64,000 bases of DNA from Alphaproteobacteria bacterium. Lineage in GTDB: Bacteria > Pseudomonadota > Alphaproteobacteria > UBA7985 > JAUIBT01. The notes under the pieces are model-generated. The model was not told where the DNA came from. It did not search any database and was given only the letters and a program-made list of their open reading frames with translations. The stretch's first letter is position 1; the number at the start of each line of letters is the position of its first letter. Shown piece after piece: positions 1-9,470 of the stretch. The DNA is taken from positions 4,634 to 68,633 of the forward strand of contig JAUIHE010000001.1 of NCBI GenBank assembly GCA_030432195.1, in the 5' to 3' direction. A program made the position numbers and the translations under genes.

Positions 1-488
1 CCGGCGATGCGGTTCAACATGGGGCGAAAACCGGGCTTCACGTAATAAGAGCCGGAATCAAAAGTCACATTTGACGGCAAATTGACGATGACCCGCTGGC
101 CGTGGTGCTTCACAGTCGCGCCGGTGCCTTGCAGCATGACGCCCAGCTTGCGCTTCATTTGGAAGACGGTTGGTCCACAGGTATCAATGGGCGGCTGAAC
201 GACCTTGGGTTGCCCGACTTGGGTCAACGGCGGCTGAGGAAACACAGGCGTCGGAGCGGGGGGAACAACCACGGTCGGCACAACATTGTTCGGAGCAATA
301 ATGTTGTTCGGGGCGATAATGTTATTCGGGGTGATGATCGGATAGGGACCGAAGTAGGCGCCAAATGTCGCCTTGGCTTTGTGGTGCGCTGAGGCCGTTC
401 CAGCCAGGGCCGCCAGGCTCATGGCAGCAAAGACGGGGACCATCAAACTCTTGGCGATGGCTGAGCGGGGGGAAAGAGGTGCAAACAT
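1..488 (-). CDS. OmpA-family protein, N-terminal part only; the 3' end runs off the left edge of the window
   Basis: Minus-strand ATG at 488 with an AAGGA ribosome-binding site 8 nt upstream. Translation reads MFAPLSPRSAIAKSLMVPVFAAMSLAALAGTASA (signal peptide), then a Pro/Asn-rich linker with PNNIIA repeats, then ...QRVIVNLPSNVTFDSGSYYVKPGFRPMLNRIAG, which matches the start of an OmpA C-terminal peptidoglycan-binding domain. It is missing from the ORF track because there is no in-window stop. Confidence 0.55.
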   Translation of the reverse strand, partial: MFAPLSPRSAIAKSLMVPVFAAMSLAALAGTASAHHKAKATFGAYFGPYPIITPNNIIAPNNIIAPNNVVPTVVVPPAPTPVFPQPPLTQVGQPKVVQPPIDTCGPTVFQMKRKLGVMLQGTGATVKHHGQRVIVNLPSNVTFDSGSYYVKPGFRPMLNRIA

Positions 489-722
489 GGGACTTCATCC
501 TTGAGGCATTCGACCAAAACTGGTCTTGTTAGGGAGCGTGGTTTTTGTTCATGACCATGCCCTGTTTCTAACAACTTGGCTCTGAACGCCTTCTGAACCC
601 CAACTGAATATTGCCTGAACGGCGCAAGGGCGAGATACTGCACGGCGTCGCTGTGGTACTGGCACCTGGGCTTCTGGCCTAGCCCGCGTCTTCAACGAAA
701 GAAACCAAACAAGGAACCCCGC

Positions 723-1679
723 ATGTCCGCTCGTTCAGAACGCCGACAAGTTGCCCTGCAAATGGACCCGCTTGCGCCCATCAACATTGATGCCGACAGC
801 AGCTTCGTGCTGGGCCTAGAAGCGCAAAAGCGCGGCTATGACCTTTGGCACTTTCTGGTGACCGATCTGACCTATTGGCATGGCCAGGTCTGCGCCAGCG
901 CGCGTCCTATCGAACTGCGCCGCGAGCTGGGCAACCACTACAGCGCCGGTGACATGGTGCCCCGTAAGTGCTTGAAGGATTTTGACGTGGTGCTGATGCG
1001 CCAAGACCCCCCGTTTGACATGCAATACATCGCCGCAACGCACCTGCTGGAGCTGGATCATCCACGCCCACTGGTGGTCAACCACCCCTTCCACGTGCGC
1101 AACTCGCCCGAAAAGCTGCTGGTGACCTATTTCCCCGACCTCATGCCGCCGACGATGATTACGCGCAATCTGGACGACATCCGCGCCTTTCGCGCTGAAT
1201 ACGATGACATCATCATCAAGCCCTTGTTCGGCAATGGGGGCGCGGGGGTCTTCCACCTCAAGCCCGGCGATGAAAACCTGAGCGCCCTGTTCGAAAACCA
1301 CGTCGCAACCTCACGCGAGCAGCTGATGGTGCAACAATACGTGCCCGCGGTGCGCGAGGGCGACAAGCGGATCATCCTGGTTGACGGCCAGCCCATCGGC
1401 GCCATCAACCGTATTCCTGCGGCCGGTGAGGCAAGAGCCAACATGCACGTGGGCGGCCGCGCCGAGCCCATCGAACTAACCGAACGCGACCGCGAAATCT
1501 GCGCCCGCTTGCAACAAACCCTGGTCGATCGCGATCTGATCTTTGTCGGCATTGATGTGATCGGTGACGTGCTGACCGAAATCAACGTCACCTCGCCGAC
1601 AGGTCTGCAAGAGTTGCAGCGTTTCAGCGGCGTAGACGGAGCGTCCATGATTTGGGATGCAATCGAAAAGCGCCTCTAG
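723..1679 (+). CDS. gshB: glutathione synthetase (prokaryotic ATP-grasp type)
   Basis: 318 aa. Diagnostic GshB segments are present: RIILVDGQPIGAINRIPAAGEARANMHVGG and VGIDVIGDVLTEINVTSPTG. There is an AAGGA ribosome-binding site before the ATG. Confidence 0.9.
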   Translation: MSARSERRQVALQMDPLAPINIDADSSFVLGLEAQKRGYDLWHFLVTDLTYWHGQVCASARPIELRRELGNHYSAGDMVPRKCLKDFDVVLMRQDPPFDMQYIAATHLLELDHPRPLVVNHPFHVRNSPEKLLVTYFPDLMPPTMITRNLDDIRAFRAEYDDIIIKPLFGNGGAGVFHLKPGDENLSALFENHVATSREQLMVQQYVPAVREGDKRIILVDGQPIGAINRIPAAGEARANMHVGGRAEPIELTERDREICARLQQTLVDRDLIFVGIDVIGDVLTEINVTSPTGLQELQRFSGVDGASMIWDAIEKRL

Positions 1680-1836
1680 AGCACAGCCCGAGCAATAGCC
1701 CTCGATTGTGCCAAAGATTCGGGGGGTGTATTTGCGGCAATATCAAACAGATAGAGCGCACCCTGTGAAAATAGGATAACAAAACGCGCTCTAGCCCCTT
1801 AACGCAAAGCCACAAGAACAGGAAGCAGCGCTCGCC

Positions 1837-3372
1837 ATGGTCGCCCACATCCATACCGTCGCCTTTCGAGGCATCGAGGTTGCGCCGGTCGATGTGCAAG
1901 TGCAGTTGTCGGGCGGATTGCCTGCCTTCACGCTGGTCGGCCTACCCGACAAAGCCGTTGCCGAATCTAAAGAGCGCGTGCGGGCAGCGCTGAGCGCCAT
2001 AGGGCTTGCCTTGCCGCCCAAGCGGATCACGGTCAACCTTGCGCCCGCCGACATCTTGAAAGAAGGCAGCCACTTTGACCTGCCGATCGCCCTGGGTTTG
2101 TTGGTGGCGATGGAGCTCATCGCCCAAGACGACATTCAAGGCTACGTCGCGCTGGGCGAATTGGGCCTGGATGGGTCCTTGGCTGTGGTCTCAGGCATTT
2201 TGGCCGCGGCGCGCTTTGGGGCCGAACGCGACCTTGGCTTGATTTGCCCCCAGGCCCAAGGCGGGGAAGCGGCCTGGGCCAGTCCGCCCAGCGTTCTAGC
2301 GCCCGCGCACCTGTTGGATTTGATCGGCCACTTCAAAGGCGAAACGGCCTTGCCCGCCCCTCAACCCCTTGTCGCTCAGGCCGACCCGAGCCAGCGCGAT
2401 TTTGCCCAGATCAAGGGGCAGACCAGCGCCAAGCGCGTTATGGAGATCGCCGCCGCGGGCGGCCACAACGTGCTGATGATTGGCCCACCGGGCGCTGGCA
2501 AGTCCATGCTGGCAGCCGCCTTGCCCAGCATCCTGCCACCGTTGGAGCCCAGCGAAGCGTTGGAGGTATCCACCATCCATTCTATTGCTGGCCAGTTGGA
2601 TGACGGGCGGCTTTTGCACCAACGCCCCTACCGCGATCCGCATCACTCGGCCTCCTTGCCAGCGCTGACCGGCGGCGGTCTGCGGGCCAAGCCGGGCGAG
2701 ATCTCGCTCGCCCATCGCGGTGTCTTGTTTTTGGACGAACTGCCGGAATTTGACCGCCGCACGCTGGAGGCGCTGCGTCAGCCCTTAGAGACCGGCAGTG
2801 TCTCCCTCGCCAGAGCCAATGCGCACGTCACCTATCCGGCGCGATTTCAGTTGATCGCGGCCATGAACCCCTGCCGTTGCGGCTACCTGAACGACCCAGA
2901 GCAGGCTTGCAACAAGGCCCCGCATTGCGGCGCAGACTATCAAAACCGCCTCTCAGGTCCGCTTTTGGACCGTATCGACCTCATTATTGAGATGACCAAT
3001 CTCTCGCCGTTGGAGCTAGCGCGCGAACCAGAAGGCGAAAACTCGGCAACGCTGCGCCAAAGGATCGAGACCGCCCGCGCCCACCAGGCTGCCCGCCTTA
3101 CCGACTTGCAGGCCCCGGAGGATCTTCGGACCAATGCCGAGCTGTCGGGGGCTTGGCTGGAGCGTGCTGCCCCCTTGGACGATGCAGGTATGGCGCTGAT
3201 GGAACAAGCCGTCGAACAGCTTCGGCTATCGGCGCGCGGCTTTTATCGGGTCATCAAGGTTGCGCGGACCATCGCAGATCTAGAGGGCAGCGCGGCCATT
3301 CAAACGGCCCACCTGTCTGAGGCCCTGCAATACCGCCGTCGCGCGCCCGCCCGCGCTCCAGTCGTGCGCTAG
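1837..3372 (+). CDS. YifB/ComM-family Mg-chelatase-like AAA+ ATPase
   Basis: 511 aa. The N-terminal Lon-like domain begins MVAHIHTVAFRGIEVAPVDVQ. There is a Walker A motif, GPPGAGKS, and the C-terminus matches the ComM family. The gshB-yifB order is a common arrangement. Confidence 0.85.
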   Translation: MVAHIHTVAFRGIEVAPVDVQVQLSGGLPAFTLVGLPDKAVAESKERVRAALSAIGLALPPKRITVNLAPADILKEGSHFDLPIALGLLVAMELIAQDDIQGYVALGELGLDGSLAVVSGILAAARFGAERDLGLICPQAQGGEAAWASPPSVLAPAHLLDLIGHFKGETALPAPQPLVAQADPSQRDFAQIKGQTSAKRVMEIAAAGGHNVLMIGPPGAGKSMLAAALPSILPPLEPSEALEVSTIHSIAGQLDDGRLLHQRPYRDPHHSASLPALTGGGLRAKPGEISLAHRGVLFLDELPEFDRRTLEALRQPLETGSVSLARANAHVTYPARFQLIAAMNPCRCGYLNDPEQACNKAPHCGADYQNRLSGPLLDRIDLIIEMTNLSPLELAREPEGENSATLRQRIETARAHQAARLTDLQAPEDLRTNAELSGAWLERAAPLDDAGMALMEQAVEQLRLSARGFYRVIKVARTIADLEGSAAIQTAHLSEALQYRRRAPARAPVVR

Positions 3373-3611
3373 AGCAAGCCGCGAATGAGTTGCAATACGA
3401 ACGAGCATGGACTTGCGTTAGAAATCAGTCAGCTAGAGCGGAAGGGCTGTTGCAACGCCAGCGCCCGACGCTCTAGTCGGTCGGTTTGAAGGTTCGGCCT
3501 CGCCGCCCATGCTGGGGCGCTGTTTGCCATTTCCAGACCCGTTGCTACGTTTCGCCTCTTTAAGATTCAGGACGCTCAATCATTGCTATTCCGCAGTTTG
3601 CCCTCGCCCTT

Positions 3612-4025
3612 TTGCTGGGCGCGATCATTTCCATCTATTTTCCTATGATCGCACAAAGCGCAAAAATCTTGGGCTCTGCCCCCTTGGCAAACGTGCCGTT
3701 TTTCGCTGTGGCGCTGGTCTCCTCGCTCGCAATCGCCGCGATGACCGGCAGCCGGGCCGCGCAGTTTCAGAAAGTCGTCAGCCTGCCCTTGTGGCTCCTC
3801 ACGGCGGGCATCATGAGCGCTGGGATGATTATCGGCTCCAGCTACCTAATCCCGCGCCTTGGCATCGGCGTCTATTTCGTGCTGTTGGTGTCGGGTCAGA
3901 TTTTGGCGGGCATGGTTTTTGGCTATTTCGGGCTCTTTGGCGTTCCCGCTAGCCCCTTGACGCTGGGCAAGGCGCTGGGCGCGGTCATGGTGATCGCCGG
4001 TGTCTATCTGGTGACCTTCCGCTAG
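3612..4025 (+). CDS. DUF606/YdcZ-family small inner-membrane protein (DMT superfamily)
   Basis: 137 aa, four TM segments. The C-terminal half, IPRLGIGVYFVLLVSGQILAGMVFGYFGLFGVP...LGKALGAVMVIAGVYLV, has the YdcZ pattern. The start is a TTG at 3612; the true start codon is uncertain. Confidence 0.6.
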   Translation: MLGAIISIYFPMIAQSAKILGSAPLANVPFFAVALVSSLAIAAMTGSRAAQFQKVVSLPLWLLTAGIMSAGMIIGSSYLIPRLGIGVYFVLLVSGQILAGMVFGYFGLFGVPASPLTLGKALGAVMVIAGVYLVTFR

Positions 4026-4693
4026 GGCCCGCCCACGGGCGCTGCGAAGTCGGTCATGGCAATCAGCAGCCAAGCAAGGCCCAAAAACAGGGCCGAGGCC
4101 AGGTTCATGATGATGCTAAATCGCGGTCCAGCCAAGGCTCTGGCGGACCAGGACGCCAATCCCGCATAAAACAGCATGGCGGGATATTCTAGAACCAGCG
4201 ACAGCACCGCAAGCGTGAGCATGCGCAGCGCCAACCCCTCGCCCGGTCCGGCAAACGTCGGCAACATAAGCCCAAATGACAAAAGCGAGGTCGGATTAGA
4301 GACCTGCAAGGCAAAGCTGGACAAGAACAAGCGCCATGCCGCCCGGTTGGGCCGTTCTTTGATCTGCCCTTTATGGGCCTGCCAGGCAGCTTTCACAGCG
4401 CCCAGGATCATGCTGGCGATATAGGCCAGACCCAGCCATTTGATGACCAACAGCACGCCCGGAAATGCGTAGACCAGCACAGCAACCCCCGTTGCGGCCA
4501 GCACGGCATAGAAGAAGTTGGCAGCAAAGATGCCCGCGATGCTGGCATGCGCCGCTGAAAGCCCCGAGCCCAGCGCATCGCTCACCACCTTAAATATCGC
4601 GGGCCCCGGCGTGAAATTTAGTGCCAGCATGACCGCCACAAAGCTGACGAGCAACCAGGGGTCATGGGGAACAAGCGTTGCAGTATCAATCAT
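4022..4693 (-). CDS. LysE/RhtB-family amino-acid exporter
   Basis: 223 aa. The N-terminus has the LysE signature ...LALNFTPGPAIF, with six predicted TM segments. Confidence 0.8.
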   Translation of the reverse strand: MIDTATLVPHDPWLLVSFVAVMLALNFTPGPAIFKVVSDALGSGLSAAHASIAGIFAANFFYAVLAATGVAVLVYAFPGVLLVIKWLGLAYIASMILGAVKAAWQAHKGQIKERPNRAAWRLFLSSFALQVSNPTSLLSFGLMLPTFAGPGEGLALRMLTLAVLSLVLEYPAMLFYAGLASWSARALAGPRFSIIMNLASALFLGLAWLLIAMTDFAAPVGGP

Positions 4694-4963
4694 TTAGGCC
4701 TGTCCTAACCAGCGCAACAAAACGGGGGCAAAGGGATTGCCTAGGCGCGAGCAAGGCCTCCGATCCCCGCGCGCGCGCTTCGCGCCGAACTTGCGAAAAC
4801 GCGGGGGCGCTTTTCAGGCCGGGCTTGCTTGGCCAGGCTATTCCCCCTAGCTTGGCGGCCTGTCGGCGCCCAAACCGGCCGCTGCCTTCTTCTGCCTTTC
4901 CTGCATTTCTCAACGCTTCCCAGCCTCGCCCTGGCCTTTTCTGGCCCCACCGCCGGTTCAATC

Positions 4964-6118
4964 ATGTCGCCCTTTGTTGCCATATCACCCGTTACCTTTG
5001 TTGTCATGCTGATGGTGGCATTGTTCGCCGTCGGCCAGGGGCTCAGCTACCCGTTGTTGGCGTCCATATTGGCACAGCAAGGCCACGGTGAAGCGCTGAT
5101 CGGGCTCAATGCGGCCATGATGCCCATTGGAATTTTGGTGCTGGGGCTTACCATCTCCCCCATTACGGCAAGACTGGGTGCGCGCAACTGGGCCATCATT
5201 ACGGCCCTGATGCTGGCCGCCTGCATGCTGGCCATCGGCCTGATCCAGAACATCTGGCCGTGGTTTGTTTTTCGTTTCTTTCTAGGCGTTGGCGTCGCCT
5301 CGCAATTTGTCATTGCAGAGACTTGGATTCTCAGCATGACCCCGGCGCCTGGCCGCGGCCGCGTGGTTGGCTTCTATAATTTTCTAACGTCGGTGGGCTT
5401 TGGCTGCGGTCCGCTGCTGTTGTCTGTCCTTGGGACAGGCGGGCTGGCGCCCTTCTTGGCGGCCGCTAGCTTTTCGATCCTGGTCGCCCTACTGGTGGCC
5501 TTGATGTACAAGCGTTTGCCGCGCTGGGACGCGCATACTGGCAGTTCAAGCCCCTGGTCTGTGCTGCCGCTGATGATGTTCTTGGGCCTTGCAACCGTGG
5601 TGCTGGGAGGCTTCGATCAGGTGATTTTGGCCTTCTTCGCTTTGTTCATGCAAGATCGCGGCCTAGACCAAGATCAAGCCTTGCGCCTTTTGACCGTCGT
5701 GCTGGCCTCGGGCGCTGCCTTCTTGCTGTTTTATGGCTGGCTGATCGACGCCCTGCCACGGCGGGCCCTTTGGATCGCTACTTTGGGCTGCGCCGCCGGG
5801 CTGCCTTGGCTCCTGCTAGCCGTCCCCGTTCAATCGATCTGGATGTGGCCGCTCGCGGCTGCATGGGGCTGTTCTATCATGCCCATCTTTACCCTTTGCA
5901 TGGTCGAGTTGGGAGAACGCTTTGCCGGACAAAGCCTGCTCGCGGCCAACGGTGTCTTTTCATTAGGCTGGGGGCTTGGCGGCATTGTTCTGCCCCCCAT
6001 CGCCGGTGCCCAGATGGAACTTTTCGGCTCGCAGGCCCTGATTTGGGTCATGAGTGGCGTCATGGCCGCCATGCTTTGCATCGCCCTTTTGCGGCCGATT
6101 CAAAAAACTTTACACTAG
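4964..6118 (+). CDS. MFS transporter
   Basis: A multi-TM protein with an MFS-type architecture. The ORF track starts at 4829, but that leader is not transporter-like. The ATG at 4964 (MSPFVAISPVTFVV...) is in frame and begins directly at TM1. Confidence 0.7.
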   Translation: MSPFVAISPVTFVVMLMVALFAVGQGLSYPLLASILAQQGHGEALIGLNAAMMPIGILVLGLTISPITARLGARNWAIITALMLAACMLAIGLIQNIWPWFVFRFFLGVGVASQFVIAETWILSMTPAPGRGRVVGFYNFLTSVGFGCGPLLLSVLGTGGLAPFLAAASFSILVALLVALMYKRLPRWDAHTGSSSPWSVLPLMMFLGLATVVLGGFDQVILAFFALFMQDRGLDQDQALRLLTVVLASGAAFLLFYGWLIDALPRRALWIATLGCAAGLPWLLLAVPVQSIWMWPLAAAWGCSIMPIFTLCMVELGERFAGQSLLAANGVFSLGWGLGGIVLPPIAGAQMELFGSQALIWVMSGVMAAMLCIALLRPIQKTLH

Positions 6119-6228
6119 TTGTAATAGCGGAACCAAGCGGACCGGAAATCTGTCAGTCTCAGGGGTGACAGGGCGGCCTTGCAGCGTATATAACAGCCAA
6201 CAATAACTCAGATGGAGAGAGACAAAAC

Positions 6229-7551
6229 ATGCAAGAAAACCCAGATACGCAGGAAAACCTAGACGAGGACCTGCCAGAGTTGTCCACGGGGCAACGTCGT
6301 ATCATCACGACCGAGAGTATTATTCTGGGCTTCTTGCTGGGGGCCGTATTGATTTGGTGGGCCTTTCCTTGGAAAGACGGCCATATATCCCACGGTCCGT
6401 TGCACCTAAGCGCCACCGTAGAGACCCTGTTGGTCGCCCTCTATTTGACCATGGTGGTTGCCTACTGCGGCTTTAAAATGCCGACCTTCTTCACCCGCTC
6501 TAACTTTTGGTCAACCTTTGCTTTGGTGGTGTTTGCAGGCCACATCTCCCTGTTCTTTGATAGCTTTGCTGTCATCTTGCTGCTATCGACAGGAATTGTT
6601 TTCTTCCCAACCCAAAAAGCAAATAATTTCAACGCTTTCGCGGTAAAAGCGATCGCGGCGTTTGCCGCTTTGACCGTCGGTGGCGGTTTCTATTTGGGTG
6701 AACTATGGGGGCTTCCCTACTACATCACGGCGGGACTGGACACGCCTAACGCGGGCTGGCCCTTGCTGGTGGTCTTGACGCCCTACAGCATTTTTCTGGG
6801 CCTAATCGCTGGCGCTTTCTTCCCTGTTCAAATCCAAAAAGCGCCATTTGACCGCCAGCAAGCCTTGGCGGGGCTGGAGTTCGTCGTCGCGCTGTTGGCC
6901 ATCATCATCACTCACAACCCCTTCTTTTGTATCGGCCTGTTGTTCATCTACTCCGCGGTATCGCCTTTATGGTACGGCATGCGCGGCCACAAGGACACGC
7001 TGGATTTGGTTCACCGTACCGCTCACGAGCTGACCGACGGCGGCTTGAACGCGCTGGGTCTCATCATGCTGGCCGTGCTTATCCAACAGATCCCTGGTAT
7101 GGGGGAGATGATTACCGCCAAACTGCACGGCCTGGGTCTGTTCGTTGGCGCGGCAATCTCCTCACCTTTCGCCGGCGCCATGGCCGCCATGCCCGCCAGC
7201 CTAGACGAGTTTTATTTGAACTTGTCGCTGATTATGCTGGGTGCACCCATGTTTGTATTCTCGTCGCTGGTGGCAATCGTGGTCTTCACCAACCAGATTC
7301 GCCGCGAGGAACTGCCAAGCTGGATGCTTTTGCCCGCCAAGGCAATCGGCTTTCGTGGCCCCTATGTGCCCGAGGCAATTGCCTATACCTTGCTGGTTAT
7401 CCCAATGAACCTTGGCTTGGCAATCTTGGTCATCTTGGCAAATCAGATGGGCTGGTTTGCTGATCTTGGGGCCATGCTGGGCATGGACGAGGTCTTGCAG
7501 GCGGCGATTGCAGAAGCAGCCAACATGGCCGGTGACGCCGCCGCTCACTAA
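6229..7551 (+). CDS. polytopic membrane protein of unknown function (about 11 TM, acidic N-terminal cytoplasmic tail)
   Basis: 440 aa. The N-terminus, MQENPDTQENLDEDLPELSTGQRR, is followed by many hydrophobic helices. The 5' half has markedly lower GC (about 50%) than its neighbours. There is an AT-rich upstream region (TATATAAC) and a downstream intrinsic terminator. I cannot place it in a family. Confidence 0.6.
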   Translation: MQENPDTQENLDEDLPELSTGQRRIITTESIILGFLLGAVLIWWAFPWKDGHISHGPLHLSATVETLLVALYLTMVVAYCGFKMPTFFTRSNFWSTFALVVFAGHISLFFDSFAVILLLSTGIVFFPTQKANNFNAFAVKAIAAFAALTVGGGFYLGELWGLPYYITAGLDTPNAGWPLLVVLTPYSIFLGLIAGAFFPVQIQKAPFDRQQALAGLEFVVALLAIIITHNPFFCIGLLFIYSAVSPLWYGMRGHKDTLDLVHRTAHELTDGGLNALGLIMLAVLIQQIPGMGEMITAKLHGLGLFVGAAISSPFAGAMAAMPASLDEFYLNLSLIMLGAPMFVFSSLVAIVVFTNQIRREELPSWMLLPAKAIGFRGPYVPEAIAYTLLVIPMNLGLAILVILANQMGWFADLGAMLGMDEVLQAAIAEAANMAGDAAAH

Positions 7552-7688
7552 GCCCAAAGCAGCTGGACCACGCGGGGACAGAGCAGAGCGGGAATCGGGG
7601 CTTCAGGTTGCAGGCCCTTCAAAGCCCCCTTGATCGGGAGCCTAGGCCCGCAAGACAGCACCTGTAACGCGATAGGAACCAAAAAGAA

Positions 7689-7731
7689 AGGCGACCAAGC
7701 AGGGCATGCAGCCCTTTGCGGTCGCTTTTTT
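7689..7731 (+). terminator. Rho-independent terminator downstream of the unknown membrane-protein gene
   Basis: GGCGACC-aagca-GGGC-atgca-GCCC-tttgc-GGTCGC followed by TTTTTTG. This is a GC-rich interrupted stem followed by a T-tract. Confidence 0.6.
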
Positions 7732-7813
7732 GCTATTGTCGCAGGTGATCCTGTGGTGCAACCCTGCAACATCGCCAGCCCCCGCGCCGCATTGGCCAGT
7801 TGAAAGATCCAAG

Positions 7814-9124
7814 ATGAACGCCGCTACACCATCAGCCAACAGCGCCTGGTCTACCGTCATCACGATTGGCGCGCTGTTGTGGGGCGCCTCAATCGCCTTG
7901 GTCGGCTCGACCCTACTGGGGATCGTGCTAGCGCTGCAAATGGAGAGCCGGGGCTACGATACGACGGTCACTTCTGTAGTTATGGCGGGCAATTTCGCGG
8001 GCTTCCTGGTCGGCGCGCTCTATGCCACGACGCTCATCAACACCGTTGGGCACATTCGCGCCTTTGCCATTTTTGCGACCCTTCAGTCGGCGTTGTTCAT
8101 CGCCCACCCCATCCTGGACCATTGGGCCATATGGGCGGTTTTGCGCCTGCTGTCTGGAGCCTGCCTTGCGGGCATCTTTACCGCGGTCGAAAGCTGGATG
8201 AACGACCGCACACCGACCGAGAGCCGCGGCACCGTTCTGGGCATCTATGTCATTACCAACTACCTGGCTCAGATCGGCGGGCAACTGCTGGTCAACGTTT
8301 GGGACTTCAGCCGTATTGAGCCCTTTATCATCGCCTCCATTTTGGGCTCACTGTCCCTCATTCCCGTCGCCATGACGCGACTCTACCCGCCCGAATTGAG
8401 CGACGTGCAACGCATGGGCCTAGTCGAGCTGTACCAAGCCTCACCAACCGCCATCGCGGGCACGCTTGGAAGCGGCGTTCTGGTGGGCTCAACGCTGTCT
8501 TTGGGCGCGGTCTTTGCGCAGCGGATCGGGCTTAGCGTTTACGAGACTTCTTTGTTCACAGGGTCGATCTTGGTCGGCGGGATGTTGTTTTCCTACCCCG
8601 CAGGGCGCTTGGCCGATATGCTCGACCGGCGCTATATCATGATGGGGCTGTTGGCGGTCGCGATTGCGGTATCGTTTGCCATCGTCACCAGTGCGACGGC
8701 TTTGCCGAACTTTTGGCTCTTGCTGGCACTCGTGGCTCTATTTGGTGGCGCGCAAGCCTCGATCTATCCCATTTCGGTTGCGCAGGCCTTCGACCATATC
8801 GCGCCGCAAAAGTACATCTCCGCCGCATCGGGCCTGTTGATCGTCTTTTCCGTCGGCGCAACCTTGGGGCCGGTCCTTGCTTCTTTCGTGATGCGTTGGC
8901 AGGCGGCCGGGCTGTTTTTGACCACCGGCATCTTGTCCGCCTTCATGCTGCTGTTCATCTTCTATCGCACCATGGAGCGCGAAGCAGCGCCAGAAGAAAT
9001 GCAAGAGAGCGTCACCTTCCTGCCGACCACTCCGGGAGCCTTCGAGTTGCTGGACCTCAGCGAAGACGTGCAGGATTTCGACGATCATTTCGACGAAAAG
9101 CTGGAGAGCATCGACGACGACTAA
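7814..9124 (+). CDS. MFS transporter
   Basis: The track ORF 7706..9124 begins inside the upstream terminator. The in-frame ATG at 7814 (MNAATPSANSAWSTVITIGALLWG...) starts the first TM segment. There are 12 predicted TM segments and an acidic C-terminal tail. Confidence 0.75.
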   Translation: MNAATPSANSAWSTVITIGALLWGASIALVGSTLLGIVLALQMESRGYDTTVTSVVMAGNFAGFLVGALYATTLINTVGHIRAFAIFATLQSALFIAHPILDHWAIWAVLRLLSGACLAGIFTAVESWMNDRTPTESRGTVLGIYVITNYLAQIGGQLLVNVWDFSRIEPFIIASILGSLSLIPVAMTRLYPPELSDVQRMGLVELYQASPTAIAGTLGSGVLVGSTLSLGAVFAQRIGLSVYETSLFTGSILVGGMLFSYPAGRLADMLDRRYIMMGLLAVAIAVSFAIVTSATALPNFWLLLALVALFGGAQASIYPISVAQAFDHIAPQKYISAASGLLIVFSVGATLGPVLASFVMRWQAAGLFLTTGILSAFMLLFIFYRTMEREAAPEEMQESVTFLPTTPGAFELLDLSEDVQDFDDHFDEKLESIDDD

Positions 9125-9166
9125 CCCAGCCAGGCAGTGGGGCGTCGGGCCGCCATTATCCAAACC

Positions 9167-9470
9167 GTCGCCGCCACCGCGGCTCGGGGTTTGCAGGTTT
9201 GTTATCCGCAAATCCACCGTCGCCGCCACCGCGGCTCGGGGTTTGCAGGTTTGTTATCCGCAAATCCACCGTCGCAATCAAGGCCGATTGCTCGGGGTTT
9301 GCAGGTTTGTTATCCGCAAATCCACCGTCGCCGCCCCAGCGGCTCGGGGTTTGCAGGTTTGTTATCCGCAAATCCACCGTCGCAATCCAGGCCGATTGCT
9401 CTGGGTTTGCAGGTTTGTTATCCGCAAATCCACCGTCGCAATCCAGGCCGATTGCTCTGGGTTTGCGCTA
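9167..9470. repeat. tandem array of 5.5 copies of a 52-56-bp repeat with a 40-bp conserved hairpin core
   Basis: The core CTCGGGGTTTGCAGGTTTGTTATCCGCAAATCCACCGTCG occurs five times perfectly and once truncated. Copies are joined by two alternating linkers, CCGCCACCGCGG (12 bp) and CAATCMAGGCCGATTG (16 bp). Both linkers are themselves palindromic. Confidence 0.85.

Noticed and set aside
102-643. Track ORFs 102..392 (plus strand) and 443..643 (minus strand)
   Set aside because: The first is antisense to the OmpA-like gene. The second lies in the upstream non-coding region and has no support.
1127-2135. Minus-strand ORFs overlapping gshB and the yifB 5' end
   Set aside because: They are antisense to confidently identified genes and have no family resemblance.
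4829-4963. Long N-terminal extensions proposed by the ORF track for several genes (4829, 7706, 12813, 14104, 26465, 35201, 38331, 45607, 50741, 59117 starts)
   Set aside because: The extensions are non-homologous, often overlap the upstream gene or a terminator, and internal ATGs give N-termini matching the protein families. They were trimmed to internal starts. The long lptB and AacS extensions were kept because they are repeat-structured and have no alternative start with a ribosome-binding site.
9163-9470. CRISPR array interpretation of the tandem repeats
   Set aside because: The spacers are only 12-16 bp and alternate between two nearly identical palindromic sequences rather than being unique. 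There is no AT-rich leader and there are no cas genes nearby.
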